Assembly (NCBI GenBank): GCA_031256725.1
Contig: JAIRQE010000025.1
Coordinates: 130,098-162,097 of the forward strand
Direction: 5' to 3'
Source of the DNA: Propionibacteriaceae bacterium
GTDB taxonomy: Bacteria; Actinomycetota; Actinomycetes; Propionibacteriales; Propionibacteriaceae
DNA length: 32,000 nt
Shown here piece by piece: positions 1 to 8,591 of this stretch. Made by a program: the position numbers and the translations under genes. The notes under the pieces were generated by a model. It ran no database searches, had not been told where the DNA came from, and was given only the letters and a program-made list of their open reading frames with translations. How positions within the stretch are numbered: the first letter of the stretch is position 1; each line of letters starts with the position of its first letter.

Positions 1-1113
1 CATGAGGGGCCGACCTATGATCGCCCGCTCACGCGACCGGCGTGGATCGATCAGGTCAACGCCGATGCGGCCGAGGTACTTCCGCGGCCTTCGACTGGTG
101 AGGAGCTTGCTCAAGAATTGGTGAAGGTCATCACCTCGCCTAACCTCGCTGACGTGTCCTGGGTTACCCAGCAGTACGACCATGTTGTACGTGGGAACTC
201 TGCGATGGCCCAGCCCCAAGACGCTGGGATGCTCAGGATAGACGAGGAGACGGGCCTGGGTGTGGCACTCTCCACGGATTGCAATGCCCGATTCACCTAT
301 CTGAACCCCCATCAGGGGGCGCAGATCTCGCTCGCGGAGGCATATCGCAACGTCGCCATTGTGGGTGCTGAACCTGTGGCGATCACCGACTGTCTTAACT
401 TCGGATCGCCTGAGGACCCCGAAATCATGTGGCAGTTCGTGGAAGCCATCAAGGGCCTTGTTGAAGGCTGTCAGGCCCTGGGTACTCCAGTGACAGGTGG
501 TAATGTTTCTTTCTATAACAAGACCGGTGAGGTGGCTATCCTCCCCACACCAACCATTGGGATGCTGGGCGTCATCGATGATATAGATGATCGGGTGAGT
601 ACAGGCTTCTCCCGAGAAGGTGAAGTCATCTTCCTGATCGGGAAGACTCGCGAAGAACTCTCCGGTTCCGCATGGGCTGGTGTCATCCACAACCATTTGG
701 GCGGGAACCCTCCGGCTGTCGACTTTGAGCACCACAAGAATCTCACTGCCTTCTTCCAGACAGTCTCGAAGACCCGCCTGATCTCCTCGGCTCACGACCT
801 CAGTGATGGTGGTCTGGGTGTGGCTCTCCTAGAGTCCTGTTTCATAGGTGGCAAGGGTGCTGAGATTGAGTTGGAGGGTGATCCTTTCGTGGCTCTCTTC
901 TCCGAGTCCACAGGCCGAGTACTCATCACCTGCGATGAGTTCCAAGCCGGAGCAGTACAAGCGTTGGCTGGCGAATACTCTCTGCCCATCACCAAGATCG
1001 GAGTCACCACGGATGGTTCTGAGTTGGTCATCAGGGATCTCTTCACCCTGAATATCGACGAAGTACGTACCGAGTGGAAGTCCACAATTCCGAGGGCTTT
1101 GGGCCTGCTCTAG
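1..1113 (+). CDS. purL: Phosphoribosylformylglycinamidine synthase subunit PurL, C-terminal part (5' end lies upstream of the window)
   Basis: Frame 1 is open from nt 1 (HEGPTYDRPL...) and runs into the listed 118..1113 ORF. Motifs ALSTDCN, AEAYRNVA, TDCLNFGSPEDPEIMWQF and GTPVTGGNVSFYN are typical of PurL. Confidence 0.88.
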   Translation, partial: HEGPTYDRPLTRPAWIDQVNADAAEVLPRPSTGEELAQELVKVITSPNLADVSWVTQQYDHVVRGNSAMAQPQDAGMLRIDEETGLGVALSTDCNARFTYLNPHQGAQISLAEAYRNVAIVGAEPVAITDCLNFGSPEDPEIMWQFVEAIKGLVEGCQALGTPVTGGNVSFYNKTGEVAILPTPTIGMLGVIDDIDDRVSTGFSREGEVIFLIGKTREELSGSAWAGVIHNHLGGNPPAVDFEHHKNLTAFFQTVSKTRLISSAHDLSDGGLGVALLESCFIGGKGAEIELEGDPFVALFSESTGRVLITCDEFQAGAVQALAGEYSLPITKIGVTTDGSELVIRDLFTLNIDEVRTEWKSTIPRALGLL

Positions 1114-1154
1114 TCTCTGTGAGGGGTTTGAGTACCCCGTGATCCGGCCTTCAT

Positions 1155-1184
1155 GTTGCGTACTGCGTCTTTGCGCAGTACAAC
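1155..1184 (+). terminator. Hairpin downstream of purL (GTACTGCG-tctttg-CGCAGTAC, extended by GTT/AAC)
   Basis: Perfect 8-bp stem at 1160-1167/1174-1181, 46 nt after the purL stop. There is no U-tract, which is common in Actinobacteria. Confidence 0.4.
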
Positions 1185-1193
1185 ATCCAGACT

Positions 1194-1373
1194 ATGTATT
1201 TAGAACTTCTAAGACGCAATTGTCAGGTCTATGTGGGACAGATGGGTACCACCGGAATCGACTTTATTGCGACCAAGGGTGACCACCGACTGTACATTCA
1301 AGTTGCTGCAACAATGCGCGAAGCGTCCACACGGCAACGTGAACTGGCTCTTCTACGTACGAATGGTGAGCGG
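1194..1373 (+). pseudogene. 3' remnant of a DUF4143-type AAA+ ATPase gene
   Basis: YLELLRRNCQVYVGQMGTTGIDFIATKGDHRLYIQVAATMREASTRQREL matches the conserved C-terminal DUF4143 block (YLELLRRGYEVYYGK..EIDFV....YIQV......T.ERE). The roughly 300 upstream codons, including the P-loop, are absent, and the ORF tail overlaps the convergent GTPase gene. Confidence 0.5.
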
Positions 1374-1387
1374 AGCCTACCTGGTAC

Positions 1388-2563
1388 TCAGGCTTTGTTG
1401 GCGTCTATCTCATTTATCTTTTTGTGGAATATCTGCATCATTATGGTGATGAATTCATCTGAGAATTTCTGATCAAGTACTAGTTCATTGACTTTTTGCT
1501 CTAGGGCAGTTTGGAAGGCGATTCCGAGGGCAGCAGTGAAGCCAGCAGCGACGGCTCCACTGATTGCAGCAGCTGCGACTCCAACACCAGGTACGAGTTT
1601 TAGGAGCGAGGTAACAGCTGCTTTTCCTCCGGCTTGCATTGCTAGTGGGGCGATAGCGGACACAAGTGCAGTGAAATCGTCTTCTTTGAACTTAAGCCCG
1701 TAGGCATTCGCGATTCCAGTGAGCATCATCATTTGTATTGGTACGAGAACAAGCGCGTCAGCGATGGGAATAGGTATCACACCTGCGGCTCCCGCGCCAG
1801 CAGTTGCTAAGGCTATAACTTGGGCTGCTGCCTTCTTTCGTACCTCAGCGGACACCTTCTGGGCCCCAGCGAAGGCTCGCTTCTGCGCGTCAGGCAATAA
1901 TTCATAGGACAACTCTGAGAGTTCCTTGAGTCCAAAACCCTCTTTAACGACTGCCCCGTCAATCGTCCTATCCTCAGCAAGAATAGGAACTATGGCTTTA
2001 ACGGGTAGACCCCCAGCATCTTTCTGGCTTTGAAGATAGGCCATGAGTTCGCGGGTCTCATGTCCATCGAAACTCTTTGTTATAACGATGACGATGTCAA
2101 TTTGCTTGGCTAAGTCTCGGATGAATTCAAGTTCGAGTGGCTCAACACGCACTCCAACCGAGGCGATACAATACCACAACAAATGAATATCGTCGTTCTT
2201 GTCCTCTGTTTTCCGACTAGCCCGAATCAACTTCTTCAGGTTTGACTGAATATCTTTTTGGACATGAGCGTCGAGTTCTAGTCCCTTTACATCGTAAATA
2301 CGTAGGGGGATATTATCTTTATGGTAGATATTAATAGTCTGTGTTACGGGTTCACCAATACCGGTTGCGGCTATATCTTCACCAAAGATTGCGTTGATGA
2401 GGGTACTTTTACCGACGCCAGTTTTGCCAGCGAGCATGATATTGACTCTGTCAGGCTCTTCCATGGATGGTTCTTGTTCATCTGATTTCTTGAAAACCAA
2501 ATCTACGCGATCCTTAACGTTATCTAGCATATTCTGTAGTGGCATGAGTTCCCCCTTTGACAT
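1388..2563 (-). CDS. Membrane-associated GTPase (P-loop GTPase domain fused to a DUF697-like hydrophobic C-terminal domain)
   Basis: G1 GKTGVGKS, G3 DVKG and a G4-like ITKS motif. The C-terminal Ala/Gly-rich segment (GVIPIPIADALVLVPIQMMMLTGIANAYG) is typical of DUF697/YcjF-like domains. GC is lower than in the neighbours (sampled stretches 33-50%). An alternative start at 2545 (MPLQ...) has a much better SD (AAGGGGGA) than 2563. Confidence 0.75.
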   Translation of the reverse strand: MSKGELMPLQNMLDNVKDRVDLVFKKSDEQEPSMEEPDRVNIMLAGKTGVGKSTLINAIFGEDIAATGIGEPVTQTINIYHKDNIPLRIYDVKGLELDAHVQKDIQSNLKKLIRASRKTEDKNDDIHLLWYCIASVGVRVEPLELEFIRDLAKQIDIVIVITKSFDGHETRELMAYLQSQKDAGGLPVKAIVPILAEDRTIDGAVVKEGFGLKELSELSYELLPDAQKRAFAGAQKVSAEVRKKAAAQVIALATAGAGAAGVIPIPIADALVLVPIQMMMLTGIANAYGLKFKEDDFTALVSAIAPLAMQAGGKAAVTSLLKLVPGVGVAAAAISGAVAAGFTAALGIAFQTALEQKVNELVLDQKFSDEFITIMMQIFHKKINEIDANKA

Positions 2564-2635
2564 GAGACCATCAGATCCGGGGGATGCTCACGAAGCACCC
2601 TCCCAACTCGAGAGTCTTAGCACTTTTGCGCTTCG

Positions 2636-2667
2636 ATGATAGCATATCAACGGGGGGGGGGTGTCAA
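2636..2667 (-). promoter_or_regulatory. Putative promoter of the GTPase gene with the C10 tract inside its spacer
   Basis: The minus strand reads TTGACA-C10-G-TTGATATGCTATCAT. The -35 is perfect. TGcTATCAT (an extended -10) sits 20 nt away and TATGCT sits 15 nt away. The element lies 70-100 nt upstream of the GTPase start. Confidence 0.4.
2652..2661. repeat. G10 (C10 on the coding strand of the flanking genes) homopolymer tract
   Basis: Direct count: c2651, then ten G (2652-2661), then tgtcaa. Confidence 0.95.
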
Positions 2668-2726
2668 TGAGAAAACGGTTGGAAAGCGGTACTTTTTCGT
2701 ACCAGAACCGCCCCTGTACCTCTGGG

Positions 2727-3749
2727 TTAAAAGTCAAAGTCGTTGATGTTTTCGGCGGTGAACCTTTGTACTGGGCCGAGGATCACGGTTGCGTTGTCAC
2801 CAACCATGATGGTACCCAAAGTACCAGCTTCAAAGGTGTCACCCTTGGCGCCGGTGATCTCACCGTTGATGAGTGCTTTGGCAGCGAAGGTGGATAGGTA
2901 CCCAAGGTCACCGGGGTTCCACAGCGCGAACTGGGTGACTGTACCAGCGCTGACGTAGTCTTTCATGAGGCTCGGGAGGGATAGGCCGGTCAGGGCGACC
3001 TTGCCTGCGAACTCGGAGCCTTGGATGTACCGAGCGGCAGCGGGTAACCCAACGGCAGTCGGGGAGATGATACCCACTAGGCTCGGATGGGAATCAAGTA
3101 TCGCGGCGGTCCTGTCGAAGGATTGCTGATCGTTGTCATTGCCATAGAAGGTACCGACAATAGTGATGCCGGGGTGCTCCGCGGCGAAGATCTCGTTGGC
3201 GATCCTCATCCACTCGTTTTGGTTGTGGGCCTTCGAGCCGGCGGACAGCCATGCAACCTCGCCGGTGTCACCGATCTGGGCGACCATCATTTCCACGAGG
3301 GTACGGGCGACCTCCTCATAGGCGGCCTGGTTCACGAAGAGGTCGCGGCAGGTGGTGTCCGCGTCGAAGGTGATGACTTTCACGCCTGCTGCTTGAACGC
3401 CTTTGACGGCATCACAGAGGGCCTCGGGATCATTGGCGGACAGGATGAGAGCATCCATTCCCTGCTTGGTGGCGTTCGTGACGAAGGATACCTGGGATTC
3501 ACCGGAGCCACTCCCGCCGGATGGGCCAGTGTAGTTGAGGTTTCCACCAAACTCGACAGCAGCATCCTTGGCGCCATTATTGGACGCATCGAAATAGGGA
3601 TTGCCGAGGTTTTTGGGCAGCATGAGAAAGTTGTAGCTGCTGGTCGATTCCCCAGGTTCGGTACCAGGGTTGTCGGGCTTCGAGGTACACCCAGTCAGTG
3701 CCAGGCAGGTCACGGCCGCAAGCGCGGCGATCTTCGTTGTGAACTTCAT
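2727..3749 (-). CDS. Sugar ABC-transporter substrate-binding lipoprotein, PBP1 LsrB/RhaS-like (orphan: no permease or ATPase adjacent)
   Basis: Signal peptide with lipobox LTGC|TS. The whole sequence aligns in my recollection with LsrB/RhaS-type binding proteins (PKNLGNPYF, VITFDAD, ISPTAVGLPAAA, C-terminal ENINDFDF versus LsrB DNIDKYDF). Confidence 0.8.
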   Translation of the reverse strand: MKFTTKIAALAAVTCLALTGCTSKPDNPGTEPGESTSSYNFLMLPKNLGNPYFDASNNGAKDAAVEFGGNLNYTGPSGGSGSGESQVSFVTNATKQGMDALILSANDPEALCDAVKGVQAAGVKVITFDADTTCRDLFVNQAAYEEVARTLVEMMVAQIGDTGEVAWLSAGSKAHNQNEWMRIANEIFAAEHPGITIVGTFYGNDNDQQSFDRTAAILDSHPSLVGIISPTAVGLPAAARYIQGSEFAGKVALTGLSLPSLMKDYVSAGTVTQFALWNPGDLGYLSTFAAKALINGEITGAKGDTFEAGTLGTIMVGDNATVILGPVQRFTAENINDFDF

Positions 3750-3792
3750 TATATCTACTATACACCAGGATTGTGTGTTGGTAGGTACTCTA

Positions 3793-4020
3793 AGAGTTGT
3801 GAAGTTCTACTCGGTTTTAAGGAGGGTACACTTCGCAAACTAGTGATATCATGTAAACGAAGTCAGGATTGTGCCGTTTTTGAAGTACGGCAATCCACAG
3901 ATCGAGAATTATGAAGCGTACCTAACTAATGTCGGTAATGTCAGAGGACGTATCTCATGGCACAGCTTGTCCAGCAGTATTTCATCACTAACACAGATGA
4001 AGTCAGACTTGTGAAGTTTT
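3793..4020. repeat. Three copies of a 15-16 nt motif (GAAGTCAGnnTTGTG / AGAnTTGTGAAGTTnT) in the SBP-groEL intergenic region
   Basis: Copies at 3793-3808 (agagttgtgaagttct), 3859-3873 (gaagtcaggattgtg) and 3999-4020 (gaagtcagacttgtgaagtttt). Pairwise identity is 13/15 and 14/16. A bulged hairpin lies at 3866-3896. Confidence 0.6.
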
Positions 4021-4084
4021 GAATATCAACGACCGGTGGCATGAATAATCATGGGATTTTTACGCCTGAGGCACCCCTTCTCAT

Positions 4085-4110
4085 TTGCACTCTTACCCCG
4101 AGAGTGCTAA
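4085..4110. promoter_or_regulatory. CIRCE operator 1 (HrcA binding site)
   Basis: TTGCACTC-N9-GAGTGCTAA versus the consensus TTAGCACTC-N9-GAGTGCTAA. Confidence 0.85.
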
Positions 4111-4117
4111 GAATGTA

Positions 4118-4144
4118 TTAGCACTCGTACTATGAGAGTGCTAC
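4118..4144. promoter_or_regulatory. CIRCE operator 2 (HrcA binding site)
   Basis: TTAGCACTC-gtactatga-GAGTGCTAc, a near-perfect consensus, 7 nt after operator 1 and 93 nt upstream of the groEL ATG. Confidence 0.88.
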
Positions 4145-4197
4145 GTCTGACAGTGAGACTGAAAAGTCGTCCGTCGCGGGCACTGAGCAGGCGCTGA

Positions 4198-5856
<1,659 letters not shown>

Positions 5857-5872
5857 TCCAACTCTTAGCATT

Positions 5873-5897
5873 GGGCGGTCCTTCGGGGCCGCCCTTT
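5873..5897 (+). terminator. Intrinsic terminator of groEL
   Basis: GGGCGGTCC-ttcg-GGGCCGCCC followed by TTTGTC, 17 nt after the stop. Confidence 0.65.
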
Positions 5898-6160
5898 GTC
5901 TATGGAATGGGTATTAGTTCTAGGCGTTCACCTGGGCGGGTGTACTCGCTGTCATCGGGGACTGTGGAACCACACCTCATCGTCATGTACGAGCAGCCTC
6001 CCAGAGGAGAAGCCTCCTCTCCAGATATCGGCAATGGCTAGGTGTTTCTCTCGGAACCACGAGTGATGGCGGCACGTTACACCAACCTCCAATTGGGGTG
6101 CAGGCACAGTCACCTACACTCCTAAGGATGGTGGCGAACAGATCACCCGTATAACGTCAA

Positions 6161-6269
6161 GCGGAGGGTGGGGTACATCTGTTGTGAACCGTATCCCCGA
6201 ACGGAGGAGTTGTTTCCAAAGGAAAAAACTGCGTGAGTGCGTTCGCAATAGATGTATCCCACCCTCCGC
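6161..6269. repeat. 109-nt element closed by a 20-bp inverted repeat
   Basis: gcggagggtggggtacatct (6161-6180) pairs with agatgtatcccaccctccgc (6250-6269). That gives 19 Watson-Crick pairs plus one G.U (on the + strand RNA only). The 69-nt interior contains a CCGT/ACGG hairpin with an atcccc loop. Confidence 0.6.
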
Positions 6270-6400
6270 GTACACCATCTCTGGATCCTGCGACTACCGC
6301 GCAGGATGACGTAGGAGGGCCAGCAGGATGATGTGGAAAAACATGACGGACCAGGACGTCCGGGAGTCTTGATCCGTCGTTTGTTCAGCACGGGAGAGGG

Positions 6401-7972
6401 TTAAACTCGGGTGCCTTTCTTCATGTAGGGGATGATGTAGAACGCTACCAATGTCACAAGGAAGATGATGTAGGCGAAGAACAACCACCACAGACCGAGT
6501 TGGTATCCTTCGACAACCCATGCCCCTTCTTCACCAAGTTCAAGCTTCTTCATAGTTGTAGCCTTGTTGAAGACCTGGGGTACGAGGAAGCCACCATAGG
6601 CACCGAAGGCAGAGACTATACCCAAGGCCGCAGAGGTCTTGCGTACGGTGGAGATGCCCGCCGACTTATTGTGGGCGTCCATCTGACCAGCCTTATAGGC
6701 GAATACCGTCGGGATCATCTTGTACATTGAACCGTTGCCAACGCCGGTGGCAGCAAACAACACGATGAAACAGGCTAAAAATGCCCAGAAGTAGTTGTTT
6801 GAGTTTTCAGCCTGACGTGCAGTCTTGAGTACCTGGATGGAGGAGAAGGTTGCCAGGATCATGACGATGAAGGCAGCAACAGTGACGTAGGCGCCACCAA
6901 CCTTGTCAGCCAACTTGCCACCGAAGGGGCGTACAAGTGAACCAGTGAGTGGTCCAAGGAAGGCCAGACCGATTCCGACGATTCCAATATGGATCATGGA
7001 GTACGCCTTGAACTGATCGGCGATCAGCTTCGGGAAGGCGCCAGCCAGACCGATGAAGGAACCGAAGGTACCGATGTAGAGGAAGGACAGTAGCCACATA
7101 TGGGGCTCCTTGAGAGCAGCCATATAACCCTGCGAGTCCGCCTTGGCGCTGGAGAGGTTGTTCATGCCCCAAATGGCTCCAGCAATACCGAGAAGAATGA
7201 AGGGTATCCAGAACCAGCCAGCGATGGGTAGGTTCACGATGCGTGTAGTGTCTTCATTGGGACTGGTGACAGCTGCTGCGGTGATCGTGATGAGGATCGG
7301 TACAGTGAACTGGGCCACAGCAGCACCAATGTTGCCACCAGCAGCATTGAGTCCAAGAGCCCAGCCCTTCATCCTTTGCGGATAGAAGAAGGTGATGTTG
7401 GCCATGGAGCTCGCAAAGTTTCCACCACCGAAGCCGCCCAGTGCTGCAATAAGGAGCATGACACAAAAGGTGGTACCACCTGTGACCACTCCGCTGACGG
7501 GATCTACTGTCGGATGGTTGGAAATGGCGAAGGCCATTGCTGTGGTGGGAATGAGCAGCAGCGCCGCAGACACAATGGTCCAGTTTCGCCCACCAATCGC
7601 AGAAACCATGAATGTGTAAGGGAAACGCAGGGTTGCGCCCACCAAGGAGGGAAGGGAAATCAGCCAGAATTGCTGGGAGGAATCAAAACTGAATCCATAC
7701 CATCCATTCAGGGAGACGACGACGATGCTCCATAACTGCCAAACTACGAACCCAAGAAACTCAGCATAGATAGAGAATCCTAGATTGCGCTTGGCAATCT
7801 TTGACCCTTCTCTTTCCCATTGAGCGTTGTTTTCGGAGTCCCACCCGTCAATCCAACGCCCTTTACGGAAGGTTAGCTTGCCCGAGCTGGAGTCGTCGAC
7901 CCCACTGCCCTGAGGCAAATTCTCTTTAGCGCTCACGATGAAGCCTTTCATTGAGGTCGGACTTCTTCTCAC
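6401..7972 (-). CDS. narK: Nitrate/nitrite transporter, NarK/NNP family MFS
   Basis: Collinear with E. coli NarK as I recall it: W..E....W...GSKIAKRNL, LRFPYTFMVSAIGGRNWT, GGFGGGNFASSMANITFFYPQRMKGWALGLNAAGGNIG, LSFLYIGTFGSFIG. The start is uncertain (7972 or MKGF at 7951). Confidence 0.85.
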   Translation of the reverse strand: MRRSPTSMKGFIVSAKENLPQGSGVDDSSSGKLTFRKGRWIDGWDSENNAQWEREGSKIAKRNLGFSIYAEFLGFVVWQLWSIVVVSLNGWYGFSFDSSQQFWLISLPSLVGATLRFPYTFMVSAIGGRNWTIVSAALLLIPTTAMAFAISNHPTVDPVSGVVTGGTTFCVMLLIAALGGFGGGNFASSMANITFFYPQRMKGWALGLNAAGGNIGAAVAQFTVPILITITAAAVTSPNEDTTRIVNLPIAGWFWIPFILLGIAGAIWGMNNLSSAKADSQGYMAALKEPHMWLLSFLYIGTFGSFIGLAGAFPKLIADQFKAYSMIHIGIVGIGLAFLGPLTGSLVRPFGGKLADKVGGAYVTVAAFIVMILATFSSIQVLKTARQAENSNNYFWAFLACFIVLFAATGVGNGSMYKMIPTVFAYKAGQMDAHNKSAGISTVRKTSAALGIVSAFGAYGGFLVPQVFNKATTMKKLELGEEGAWVVEGYQLGLWWLFFAYIIFLVTLVAFYIIPYMKKGTRV

Positions 7973-8129
7973 AACCCAGTTTAAGACGTCCGGCTCGCCA
8001 TCAAGCCTCGACTTCCTATTGGTATGTGAACTCCGATCAGTGGCGCTAAGATATGTTCAACACCACGGACATCACCACGCCAGCGAGTCCAGGCAAGCTC
8101 AAGGGTCGTTCGATCATTGATTGTCATGC

Positions 8130-8351
8130 TCAGGCTGTACGTTCGGGATGGGCTCTAGGCCACCCGGTTTTAACCGCAACCCTCTCGACATCACTGATGA
8201 GGCGAAGGCCGCAGGCAAAGAAATTGGGCCCTATATCGTTGAGCAACTCGATCGAGGAGGCTTCCTTAAGGTTCGCGGTCGAAGATCCCGATGATCCGGC
8301 CAACTTCCCGAGATGTTTGACCTTGTGGAGAACAACCTTGAGACGAGGCAC
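8130..8351 (-). pseudogene. Possible MoaD/ThiS-like beta-grasp gene remnant (lacks the C-terminal GG)
   Basis: LKVVLHKVKHLGKLAGSS.....LKEASSIELLNDI......VAVKTG resembles the N-terminal two-thirds of MoaD (V.lF..lre..G.....v....tv.eLl..L....VAVN). The frame then stops without the DGDEVa..PPvsGG end. GTG start with a poor SD. Weak call. Confidence 0.25.
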
Positions 8352-8528
8352 ACCCTCAACCGGCTGGCATTTCTATCAATGCTGATCCCCTGCGCCTCAA
8401 TGTTCTTGATCTTAAATCAATAACTCTTGTTTCATTCAGAAATTCTGGGATCATTCAGATAAGCACGCACTATTTAACATTCATAGCACAGTTAAGGTTG
8501 ATTTGTAGCAACCATCCATTTGTGACTA

Positions 8529-8541
8529 CTTAACTGTTAAG
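8529..8541. promoter_or_regulatory. Perfect palindrome CTTAAC-T-GTTAAG between a -35-like and a -10-like hexamer upstream of the ArsR-like regulator; candidate auto-operator
   Basis: Palindrome at 8529-8541, with an extra half-site GTTAAG at about 8502-8507. TAGAAT lies at 8545-8550 and TTGTGA/TGTGAC at about 8520-8526. The start codon is at 8592. Confidence 0.35.
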
Positions 8542-8591
8542 GAATAGAATTAAACCCTGAAAGGAAAACGATAAACTCCAAAGGAGGAGTC

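Noticed and set aside
1194-1472. 92-aa ORF as an intact small gene
   Set aside because: Only its first 60 or so residues are meaningful (the DUF4143 C-terminal block). The rest is read-through antisense to the GTPase gene, so it is called a gene remnant.
3087-3914. 275-aa + strand ORF overlapping the sugar-binding protein gene
   Set aside because: It lies antisense to a well-supported lipoprotein gene. The product is Gly/Val/Asp-rich and low-complexity, with no start context.
8053-8385. 110-aa + strand ORF between narK and the ArsR-like regulator
   Set aside because: The sequence is not protein-like, and the ORF overlaps the somewhat more plausible (still weak) minus-strand MoaD-like ORF.
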